Source: Nitrospinota bacterium
Lineage (GTDB): Bacteria > UBA8248
Length of the DNA: 18,365 nt
Reading direction: 5' to 3'
Assembly: GCA_046581755.1 (NCBI GenBank)
Contig: JAYGFR010000017.1
Coordinates: 1 to 18,365 of the forward strand
The translations under genes and the position numbers were made by a program. Positions 1-7,769 of the stretch are shown in pieces. Position 1 is the stretch's first letter. The number at the start of each line of letters is the position of its first letter. The notes below the pieces were generated by a model. It did not search any database, was not told the DNA's origin, and saw nothing but the letters and a program-made list of their open reading frames with translations.

Positions 1-130
1 CGTGCGTCTCCGCGAAGCGGCCAAAAAGCCCAGGGTTGCCCTGGTCGCCTGCATGCGGAAGCTTTTGACCATCCTGAACGCCATGGTTCGAAGCGGGCAA
101 CCATGGCGCACTCAGGCTGTTCCGGCTTGA
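1..130 (+). CDS. IS110-family transposase/recombinase, C-terminal fragment (runs off window start)
   Basis: Frame from position 2 reads VRLREAAKKPRVALVACMRKLLTILNAMVRSGQPWRTQAVPA*, matching the typical IS110 C-terminus (K..KVALVACMRKLL.ILNAM...W); stop TGA at 128-130. Not in the ORF track. Confidence 0.9.
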   Translation, partial: VRLREAAKKPRVALVACMRKLLTILNAMVRSGQPWRTQAVPA

Positions 131-147
131 CAGGGAAGACAGTCGCT
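1..147 (+). mobile_element. Right end of an IS110 (IS621-like) insertion sequence
   Basis: Transposase stop overlaps TTGACA (127-132), followed by a short end TTGACAGGGAAGACAGTCGCT finishing in a CT dinucleotide (146-147); no terminal inverted repeat, as expected for IS110. Confidence 0.8.
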
Positions 148-258
148 GCCCCCGATAAATGCACCGTTTCCCATGAGAGATCTGGAACCATGGCCGTAGA
201 GCGAAGCGGAGCCCGGAGGCGGCTCGTCCAAATACATGGTTGAGTCTTAAATTCCCGT

Positions 259-285
259 TTGAATGGGATTTTTATCCGTTATAAT
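259..285 (+). promoter_or_regulatory. Putative sigma70 promoter of the caspase operon
   Basis: Perfect TATAAT at 280-285; TTGAAT at 259-264 (15-nt spacer, suboptimal); imperfect inverted repeat AATTCCCGTT..AATGGGATTT over the -35; AT-rich patch in a GC-rich context. Confidence 0.5.
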
Positions 286-396
286 GCCCTCAAGCTGCCG
301 AATGTGGATCCGTGCCGAATGACGGCTTCGATCCGTGCGCCGGTGTACCGTTCAGGCGACGTCTTTCTTGTTGGCCACCATTAACGGGAGACACGA

Positions 397-2118
397 ATGA
401 AGCGTGTGGTATTGGGCATCGGGGCCGTTCTCCTCGCCTGGCTCGGCGTGGCCGGGCCCGCCTCCGGAGCTCCCGGCTGGGTGAGTGCCGCGCGGAAAAA
501 CCCCAAGCTCGACCAGCGCACCGTCGATTCGACGGGAAAAGCCGCCATCCGAATCAAATGGGATGAAAAATATATCCAGGTCAAGGCTGTCGGACACGCG
601 GACCCGGCGCTGGCGTTCTCGGCCGTCCACGCCAAGAGCATGGCGCTCGCGGCGGCCCGGGCGCTTGCCTATGCGAAGCTGGCCGAGGCCGTCGAGGGGG
701 TCCGCGTCGACGGGGTCACGCTGGTCAAAAACGCCCTCCTTCACAGCCAATTGGTGCGTACCCGCGTGAAGGCGCACATCCGGGGCGCTCATGTCGTGAG
801 CGAGAAGGCTACAGCCACCCCGAACGGAGGCGCCTTCGCCGAGGTCAGCCTCGGCCTGCTGCTCGATGGGGCAGGCGGGCTGGCAGGAAACCTGGCGGAA
901 TATGCCGCCACCCGGAAGGCCCCCCGATTCAAGGCCGACACCTCGTTCCGGACCCATGAAAAATACACCGGGGTCATCGTCGAAACCTCGGACACGGCAT
1001 TCAAGCCCTCGATGTTCCCGAATTTCATCGAAGAAAAATCCAACCGCGTCGTTTACGGCCCCAAGGCCGTGGACAAGAAGATCCTGAAACGGCTCGGCCT
1101 CGTCGGATACGCTCCCAACATCAAGTACAAGACCATCAAAAAGCGAGTGGGCGCTAATCCGCTGATCGTCCGGGCCACCAAGGTGTCCGGGAAAAACGGG
1201 GGGGATCTGGTCCTTTCCAAAAAAGACGCCGACCGCCTCATGGCGGCGGATCGGGAGGGGAAGTTTCTCTCCAAGGCGGCCGCCGTAATCGTCATCAGCC
1301 AGCCGACGAAGGACCTGATCAAGAACCCCAGCAAAAAATACGCCGTCGTGATCGGCATCTCGAAATATCCCAAAACCGCCGGCGCCGAGTTCAGCCCGCT
1401 GGAATTCGCCGCCAAGGACGCCCGCTCCATGGCCCGCCTCATATCCTCCCAGCCCGGCTACTCGAAAAGCCGGGTGAAAATCCTCATCGGGAAGGACGCT
1501 ACGCGCGACGCCATCGCCGCCTCCCTCCGCGATCTTCGCGGGCGGGTCAAGGAAGAAGACATGGTGTTATTCTACTTCTCGGGCCACGGTACGATGGGCA
1601 AGGGAAAGGACGGCAAATCGCATTATTACCTGATTCCGTATGATGGCCGGGTGAGCGACCTGGCCGCCACCTCCGTCCAGGACTACATGCTCGAGGAATT
1701 GATCGGACAAATCCCCGCCCGGCAGATGGTGGTGCTCCTCGACACCTGCTACAGCGGGGGGGCCAAGGGAGTCTTCGGAGCCAAGGGTGTGACCAACAAG
1801 AACCTCGACACCCCCCCTCCTCCCCGGCCGTTCGTCGATGCCACTTTTGGCCGCGTCCTGATTTCGGCGAGCAGCTCCAATCAGGTTTCCTTCGAAGCGA
1901 AAAAGCTCGGACACGGGGTATTCACGAGCTTTCTCCTCAAAGCGCTCGACGGGGAGGCGGATTGGAACAAAAATGGAAAAATCAGCGTCCTCGAAACCTA
2001 TCAATATCTCAATTCGAATGTTCCGGCCTATACGAGAGACAATTTCCGCCGGGACCAGAACCCCGTGCTCGAGGTTCGCACCCTGAGCAAGGAAATTATC
2101 CTGGCCCGGAAAAAATAG
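397..2118 (+). CDS. Exported caspase-family (peptidase C14, orthocaspase-like) protein with N-terminal LPP20-like region
   Basis: Signal peptide MKRVVLGIGAVLLAWLGVAGPASGA; LPP20-like helix/strand (ALAAARALAYAKLAEAVEGVRVDGVTLVKN) plus YTGVIV..RVGANPL module; from ~aa 313 a caspase fold: YAVVIGISKY, AAKDA, FYFSGHG (H397), LLDTCYSG (C451), VLISASS..QVSFE, GHGVFT.FLL.AL.G.AD, QNP. GGGAG RBS upstream. Confidence 0.92.
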   Translation: MKRVVLGIGAVLLAWLGVAGPASGAPGWVSAARKNPKLDQRTVDSTGKAAIRIKWDEKYIQVKAVGHADPALAFSAVHAKSMALAAARALAYAKLAEAVEGVRVDGVTLVKNALLHSQLVRTRVKAHIRGAHVVSEKATATPNGGAFAEVSLGLLLDGAGGLAGNLAEYAATRKAPRFKADTSFRTHEKYTGVIVETSDTAFKPSMFPNFIEEKSNRVVYGPKAVDKKILKRLGLVGYAPNIKYKTIKKRVGANPLIVRATKVSGKNGGDLVLSKKDADRLMAADREGKFLSKAAAVIVISQPTKDLIKNPSKKYAVVIGISKYPKTAGAEFSPLEFAAKDARSMARLISSQPGYSKSRVKILIGKDATRDAIAASLRDLRGRVKEEDMVLFYFSGHGTMGKGKDGKSHYYLIPYDGRVSDLAATSVQDYMLEELIGQIPARQMVVLLDTCYSGGAKGVFGAKGVTNKNLDTPPPPRPFVDATFGRVLISASSSNQVSFEAKKLGHGVFTSFLLKALDGEADWNKNGKISVLETYQYLNSNVPAYTRDNFRRDQNPVLEVRTLSKEIILARKK

Positions 2119-2221
2119 GCCGCGCCGGACCGATGGGCCGGAAATGAAGCGGATCGAACGGCGATTGACCTGGATGGCATAAAAATTTTGGGATCGAACC
2201 ATTTCATGAAAGGTTCACACC

Positions 2222-2806
2222 ATGGATAGTCACAAACGGCTTCTTCAATATGCATTGTTTCTGGGTTTGGCGGCGGCTCTCGCGGTAGCCGCACCGGACA
2301 GCGGGGCCAGCGCGGCGCAAACCAAAGGGGCCGTGATGGCCAAGGGGAGCGGAACCCCCATCGAAGGCTCCGAGGGGGCCGAAGCCCGGAATAGCGCATT
2401 TTTGGCCGCGGTGGTGCATGCTACGGTGAAATGGGCGAAAGTCACCCAGGGAGACCGGCTGGATTGGCGGAAAGACCCAAATTCGGGCGCCATCATCTAC
2501 CGGCAAAGCCTCGATACGAAAATTCCCAGCGGATTTCGCGTGACCTCGGATTCTTGGGTGAAAAACGAAACCATGGTGCATTCGGTTCAGAGCCTGAGAA
2601 TCCCCCGGGGGAAAATCGGCAACCGCCTCCCCATTTCCCTGATCGTGGTGGATGGCGTTCTGGTCTCGCCCTCGGCCACCCTCCTGAACCCCAAAGACCT
2701 GGAAGACGCTCTCAAGGACGACGGATTTTCGCTGACCTCAACCGAATTCGAGGGGGGAGGTGTCATCGTGACCCTCTCCCGCGCCAGCCGCGGGCCGCAG
2801 AAATAA
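2222..2806 (+). CDS. Exported hypothetical protein, N-terminus weakly FlgT-N/LPP20-like
   Basis: Signal peptide (LFLGLAAALAVAAPDSGASA); AKGSG..AEARNSAFLAA resembles the FlgT-N/LPP20 start motif; AAAGG RBS; operon position. Confidence 0.7.
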   Translation: MDSHKRLLQYALFLGLAAALAVAAPDSGASAAQTKGAVMAKGSGTPIEGSEGAEARNSAFLAAVVHATVKWAKVTQGDRLDWRKDPNSGAIIYRQSLDTKIPSGFRVTSDSWVKNETMVHSVQSLRIPRGKIGNRLPISLIVVDGVLVSPSATLLNPKDLEDALKDDGFSLTSTEFEGGGVIVTLSRASRGPQK

Positions 2807-2827
2807 TATCCGGCGGACGTTCAACGG

Positions 2828-3985
2828 ATGGAGCTGAATCATATGCATACTGAATATCGCCGCACCGGGGGCGCGTATTTCCTATTTCTCGCCGCCCTCA
2901 CCTGCTTCGCGCTGGGCATGGCGCCCGGAGCCGCCCGGGGAGCCCCGGATCCGGGAAAAGCGCAGAAGCAGCTCGGGAAAGGGTGCGGAACGATCCTGGG
3001 GGGCGATGCCGAAAGGGCGGCCGACGAGGCGGTCATCGCAGCCCGGAGAAGCGCCATCGAAAAAGCCTTCGGCGTCCTCGTGGACGCGGAGACGATCGTG
3101 AAAAATTCGGCTCTCTTCGATTCCTTCGTCAAGAACAAAACCGGCGGATTCGTCAAGAGTTTTGAAATTCTTTCCAAGAAACAGACCGCGGGGCGCGTTT
3201 GCGTTGAAATTGAAGCCTGGGTGCTCCCCCGGAAACTCAAGGAGCGGCTCAACGATCTGGTCTCGAACATATCGGTGATCGTCCAGATTCCGGAAACCAA
3301 TTGCGGCCGCAGGAGCCGCCGGGCCATCGTGGAAAATATGATCATCAAAAAACTGGTCCGCTCCAATTACAAGGTCCTCGACGCCCGGCGCAGCTCGGCC
3401 ATCAACCGAAGAGACATTTCCATAGCCCTGGAGGGCAGAGACAAAAAGGCGGCGGCGCGCCTCCGGCTCAAGTTTCTTTCCAACATCATTATCGGCGGCG
3501 AGGCGGCGACGGAAATCAGCCAGAGGCGCGGACGAATCGTCTCGGCCCGCGCCGAGGTGGAAGCGCGGGTGGTCGTCGCCGAGACGGGACAGGTGCTGGA
3601 AATTTTTTCCGCCGAATCGAAGGGATTCCGGAGAAACTGCCGCGGCGCCGGTCGGAATGCGCTCCGCAAGGCGGGCAAGCAGGCCTCCGACGATATCGTC
3701 AAGGCGCTCGACGAATACATCCACCGGTCCGAGCGCGAGGTGGAAATTCACATACGGGGAATCCCCAACGACACGATATTCCGCAAAATCGGGTTCCTCG
3801 TAAAATCGGAACGCTGGGTGACCATGGGAAATGAACCCCAATATTCGCGGGATAATTCAGTATACTTCGTCAAATATCCGGAGAAAACTATATACCTGGC
3901 CACGAGCCTGGCCAGGAAGCCTGAGTTGCGACTCAAACTGGAGGAATTCGGATGGACACGCGCTGTGCTTCGATACGTTCAATGA
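2828..3985 (+). CDS. Exported FlgT N-terminal domain-containing protein with a CsgG/TolB-N-like middle domain
   Basis: Signal peptide; GKGCG..AADEAVIAARRSAIEKAFGVLVDAETIVKN..GFVKSFEILS..VCVEIEAWV is FlgT-N-like; KKLVRSNYKVLD..NIIIGG..ARVVVAETGQVL is CsgG/TolB-N-like. Start could be ATG 2843. Confidence 0.8.
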   Translation: MELNHMHTEYRRTGGAYFLFLAALTCFALGMAPGAARGAPDPGKAQKQLGKGCGTILGGDAERAADEAVIAARRSAIEKAFGVLVDAETIVKNSALFDSFVKNKTGGFVKSFEILSKKQTAGRVCVEIEAWVLPRKLKERLNDLVSNISVIVQIPETNCGRRSRRAIVENMIIKKLVRSNYKVLDARRSSAINRRDISIALEGRDKKAAARLRLKFLSNIIIGGEAATEISQRRGRIVSARAEVEARVVVAETGQVLEIFSAESKGFRRNCRGAGRNALRKAGKQASDDIVKALDEYIHRSEREVEIHIRGIPNDTIFRKIGFLVKSERWVTMGNEPQYSRDNSVYFVKYPEKTIYLATSLARKPELRLKLEEFGWTRAVLRYVQ

Positions 3986-4446
3986 GATTTCGTTTTGGAG
4001 CTTTTGCCGCCGCGCTGGTCTTGATTTTTCTCGGCATTGCCGGCACCTCGGCGCAGCCGAGGGGGGCTGTCTTTCTCATTACGGAGGGCGAAGCCATGCT
4101 TCCCCCGGCCCCGCTGGAAAAGGCTGTTCTTCCGGACGGGGGTCCGCAAATCGAGATCGTAAAGCCTGGAGGCACGGATTCGGTGAAACCCCCCTTCGAG
4201 ATCGATCTGGTATTCAAGGCGGGCCCGAGCGGAAAAAGCATCGACTACGAAACGTTTAAGGCAACGCTCCTGGCGCTGTGGGGCATCGACCTGACCGACC
4301 GGATCAAGCCTTATTTAAACGAGGCGGATAACCGGATCTACATCAAGGAGACCCAGGTCCCCTCGGGCAGTCACCGAATCAAGCTGACCATCGCCGACGC
4401 CGAAGGAAACATCACCGCCGTAATCCTGGAAGTCGAGGTTGAGTAG
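3982..4446 (+). CDS. Exported conserved hypothetical protein, probable Ig-like beta-sandwich
   Basis: ATGA overlap with the upstream stop places the start at 3982; signal peptide MRFRFGAFAAALVLIFLGIAGTSA; LIT..EA.LP, P.I.I.KP, DLT.RIKPY, VP.G.H.IKLTIAD.EG beta-rich pattern. Confidence 0.8.
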   Translation: MRFRFGAFAAALVLIFLGIAGTSAQPRGAVFLITEGEAMLPPAPLEKAVLPDGGPQIEIVKPGGTDSVKPPFEIDLVFKAGPSGKSIDYETFKATLLALWGIDLTDRIKPYLNEADNRIYIKETQVPSGSHRIKLTIADAEGNITAVILEVEVE

Positions 4447-4456
4447 GGGAATTTCA

Positions 4457-5479
4457 ATGATGGCCACCGGAAAGCGAATCGGGATTGTTGCTGGGGTTAT
4501 CGTCTGTTTTCTTGCCCTGCCGGGGGCGGCGCGTCCGGCCTCCCTGGGCAAGCAAATCCGATCGCTCGTCGAATCCGCCATCAAGGGCAAGAAAACGTTT
4601 CAAGGCAAAAAAGTCGGAACGGGCACCTTCGTCTACGCCGGGAAACCCACCCGGCTCGGAGCCTATATCGCCAAACAGGTTCAGGTGGCCTTGTTCGCCA
4701 TGTCTTCCGCGGGCGGGTTCGAGGTCCTGGATCGGAGCCAGCTTTGCCAGCTGGCCGCGGAGCACGAACTGTGGACCGACGATCGGTTTCGGGACTCGGA
4801 CGCCCAGAAGATCGGCAACCTCATGGGGGTGGACGCGCTCGCCGTGGGCGACATGGAAGTGTTCGGCGACGAGCTGATGATCACCCTCAGTATCATCAGC
4901 ACGGTCACCAGCACGGTCATGGCGGCCGTGACGAGAGAGGTTCCCAACAATAAATTCAATTCCAAGCTGCTCGGCGAGTCGATGTCCTCGTTTTGCTCGA
5001 AATCCGGCGGCACAAAGGATGTGTCGAATAACGGCCCGGCGAGCGATTTTAAAATCGTGTTCGAGCCCATGAAAAAACGATACGAGCTCGGGGACAAGCT
5101 GGAGTTTCGCTTCACGACCACCAAAGACGCCTACGTCACGCTCGTCGATCTGGGGACGAGCGGCGACGTGACCATCATCTTCCCCAACCGGTTCACAAAG
5201 AACAATTTCGTCCGGGCTGGACAGACCATCACGGTGCCCTCCAAGGACGCCGATTTCGAATTCATCCTCGGCGGAAAGCCCGGCCGCGAGATCGTGCGCG
5301 CCATCGCCACGAAAAAACCCGTGACCTTCCTGCCCAAGGATTTTCATCGGATGAAAGGACCCGTCCGTTCCCTGTCCCGAAAGGAATCGACCACCCTGAC
5401 CCGGGACATTTCCGCCGTAAAAGCCAACGCCCCCGCCTCCAAATGGGCCGAGGACCGGGTCTCGTTCGAGATCCGCTGA
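4457..5479 (+). CDS. Exported CsgG/FlgO-like + DUF4384 domain protein
   Basis: AGGGGA RBS then ATG 4457; signal peptide; FEVLDRSQL..L..E.EL..AQKIGNLMGVDALAVG is CsgG/FlgO-like; YELGDKLEFRF..DAYVTLVD..GDVTIIFPN..VRAG..VP..PGREIVRAIAT is DUF4384. Confidence 0.88.
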   Translation: MMATGKRIGIVAGVIVCFLALPGAARPASLGKQIRSLVESAIKGKKTFQGKKVGTGTFVYAGKPTRLGAYIAKQVQVALFAMSSAGGFEVLDRSQLCQLAAEHELWTDDRFRDSDAQKIGNLMGVDALAVGDMEVFGDELMITLSIISTVTSTVMAAVTREVPNNKFNSKLLGESMSSFCSKSGGTKDVSNNGPASDFKIVFEPMKKRYELGDKLEFRFTTTKDAYVTLVDLGTSGDVTIIFPNRFTKNNFVRAGQTITVPSKDADFEFILGGKPGREIVRAIATKKPVTFLPKDFHRMKGPVRSLSRKESTTLTRDISAVKANAPASKWAEDRVSFEIR

Positions 5480-5507
5480 TATTTCGTTGACAAAAACCCC
5501 CGATGGA

Positions 5508-7670
5508 ATGACGCGCTCCGTCCACCCCCGGCGCGCCCACCCCCGGCGGGGCCGGCTCCGGTGCGGCCGGCTTCGGTGCGGGATCTGGGGGGCCCTGGCG
5601 CTTTGCCTGGCGCTGGCGTGGGTATCCCAGCCACCCCTCTCCAGTGCGGCGGTAAAATCCTCCGGACGGCCGGTCTCGGGCCCGCCGAAAAAAATCGTCC
5701 CTCCCCGAAAGGGCGTCGGCCCCGCTCCTCTCGTTTTGTGGGGCCGGGGCACCTTGCTGGACCGGGACCGATCCTCCGTCGGTTTCGGCGACCTTGCGGG
5801 AATGGCCAATGATCTGGTCGCGCTGTTCCTGGTGTGGCGGAACTTCACGGGAAACCTCCCCGAGCAGTACTCCGGCCTCGCGAGCGCCGGCTTCATGGGA
5901 AAGGGCCTCGGGTTCTTCATCGTATTCGGGGGGTTCCTGTATTCGAGGCGCTGGCTGGACGGGTGGCTGAAAAAACAAAAAGAGCGCGCCGAAATCCGGC
6001 GCGCCCCCGAAGAATTCTCGATGGCCGGGGGAGCCTACGATCTGGCCATCGCCTTCGTGCCCCGGGCTTTGTTTCTTGTCTCGGTCCTCGTTGTATTCGT
6101 CATTTTCGAACTTGAGCGGAAATATCTCCTCGCCGGAACTGCCCTCGTCGGCGGAGCGGCCATCTACGGGACGGCCCTCTTTTTTTTCCGCGAGATTCTT
6201 TTTCGATCCGCCCCTCCGCCCGCTTTCCCCGGACTTGCGGATCACGCCGTCCGCCTTCTCCAGCTTCTGATCCAGCGGGTATGGAGAACGTGCGCCTGGA
6301 CGCTCATTCCCATCGCCACCCTCGTCTCGCTTTCATACAAGCCGGGCATCATCGACCTCCTTTGGGTGGTTTTCCGGATAGGCCTGGTGGCGAACGTCCT
6401 TTCCGTCGCATCGCTGGCCGCCATGGCCCTTGCCGTGAAAAAAGAACCCGGCGGCGAAGATGCGGGTGAGGCCCCCAAGGATAGGCTGGCGGTTCACGCC
6501 TTCCGCCTCCTCTTGGTCACCACCGCGGTCGCCCTGTATGCCTTCTACTCTTTCGGCTACAACAACCTGACCCAATACCTCGTCGTCGGAATTTTCTTCA
6601 GCGCCTTCGTCGTCTCCATCGGCTGGCTGGCCCTTTCCCGCGTCCGGGCCCAGATCGAAGGGGCTTTCGACCCGGAGAGGGACCCCTACCGGCCCTCTTT
6701 CGTGAGTCCGGACCAGCGCAGGAAATTCAAGGGGCTTTCCCTCCGCATCGTCCGGGTCGTTTTCTTCGCGGGGACCCTCATATTTCTCCTGATCCTTTGG
6801 GGGGTGGATCTCTACGCCGTCTCGTGGACGTTCCGCCTGCTCTCGGCCCCCATCACCCAGCTCGGGGGGGTCCCGATCTCCCTCGGCAGCCTTTTCAAGA
6901 TGGCCGGAATATTCTTCTTCTTCTGGTGGCTGAGCCGGTATCTCCGCTTCCTCAGCCAGAGACGCCTGGAGCGGACGGTGGCGGGCGAGGCGTTCCGCTC
7001 GAACTTCTCCATCGGCGTCGGCTATCTCACCATGGCCATCGGCATCATTCTTGCGCTCAAATCGATCGGGGTGGACTTCACGACGCTGACCGTCCTGGCG
7101 GGCGTCCTGGGCATCGGTGTCGGGTTCGGCCTTCAGACCATCTCCAACAACCTGATCAGCGGCATCATTCTTCTTCTGGAGCGGACGGTGAAACCCGGCG
7201 ATTTCATCGAGGTGGGCGATACCTCCGGCGTCGTCCAGCAGGTGACCCTGCGGAGCACCGTGGTCCGGACCCTGGACAATATTTCGGTCATCGTTCCGAA
7301 CTCGAATTTCGTTTCCAACACCGTCATCAACTGGAGCCACAGCGAGAAGATCACCCGGGGCCAGGTATCGGTGGGCGTCGCCTATCAAACCGATACCGCC
7401 CTGGTCCGCGAATGCCTTCTCGAGGCGGCGAAAACCACAGACGACGTTCTCGAATACCCGGTTCCCGTGGTGTTTTTCAAAGAGTTCGGCGACAGCTCCC
7501 TGAACTTCGAATTGCTCTTTTGGTACGATGAGCCCAAGACCATGAGAAGAATTAAAAGCGACCTCCTGTTCGCGGTCGAAAAAATCCTCAACCAGCGCGG
7601 AATCACCATCCCCTTCCCCCAGCGGGACGTTCACATGATCCCCCCCGAGGACAAGCCCAAGGACGATTAG
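5508..7670 (+). CDS. Large MscS-family (MscK-like) mechanosensitive ion channel
   Basis: Multiple N-terminal TM segments; MscS core LAGVLGIGVGFGLQTISNNLISGIILLLERTVKPGDFIEVG..LRSTVVRT.DN..VPNS..NWS..VGVAY..FGDSSLNFEL..GITIPFPQRDVH. Start uncertain (TTG 5487 or ATG 5508). Confidence 0.93.
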   Translation: MTRSVHPRRAHPRRGRLRCGRLRCGIWGALALCLALAWVSQPPLSSAAVKSSGRPVSGPPKKIVPPRKGVGPAPLVLWGRGTLLDRDRSSVGFGDLAGMANDLVALFLVWRNFTGNLPEQYSGLASAGFMGKGLGFFIVFGGFLYSRRWLDGWLKKQKERAEIRRAPEEFSMAGGAYDLAIAFVPRALFLVSVLVVFVIFELERKYLLAGTALVGGAAIYGTALFFFREILFRSAPPPAFPGLADHAVRLLQLLIQRVWRTCAWTLIPIATLVSLSYKPGIIDLLWVVFRIGLVANVLSVASLAAMALAVKKEPGGEDAGEAPKDRLAVHAFRLLLVTTAVALYAFYSFGYNNLTQYLVVGIFFSAFVVSIGWLALSRVRAQIEGAFDPERDPYRPSFVSPDQRRKFKGLSLRIVRVVFFAGTLIFLLILWGVDLYAVSWTFRLLSAPITQLGGVPISLGSLFKMAGIFFFFWWLSRYLRFLSQRRLERTVAGEAFRSNFSIGVGYLTMAIGIILALKSIGVDFTTLTVLAGVLGIGVGFGLQTISNNLISGIILLLERTVKPGDFIEVGDTSGVVQQVTLRSTVVRTLDNISVIVPNSNFVSNTVINWSHSEKITRGQVSVGVAYQTDTALVRECLLEAAKTTDDVLEYPVPVVFFKEFGDSSLNFELLFWYDEPKTMRRIKSDLLFAVEKILNQRGITIPFPQRDVHMIPPEDKPKDD

Positions 7671-7769
7671 CCGCGCCGGCATCGATCGTTCGGGGAATTC
7701 GAAAAAAACGCGCCGCCAAAGGCCCGGAAAGCAAATTCGGGATTCGGCCCCTCGCTCCAGATTTTCTCG

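Noticed and set aside
127..160. IS110 outward hybrid promoter (TTGACA + ATAAAT)
   Set aside because: The spacer would be 22 nt, too long.
2222..5479. Flagellar H-ring (flgT/flgO/flgP) or curli (csgG) operon
   Set aside because: Only fold-level resemblance; no other flagellar or curli genes, and DUF4384/caspase fusions do not belong to those systems.
5487..5515. TTGACA as an internal promoter for the MscS gene
   Set aside because: No -10 at 16-18 nt spacing, and it would fall inside the CDS start.
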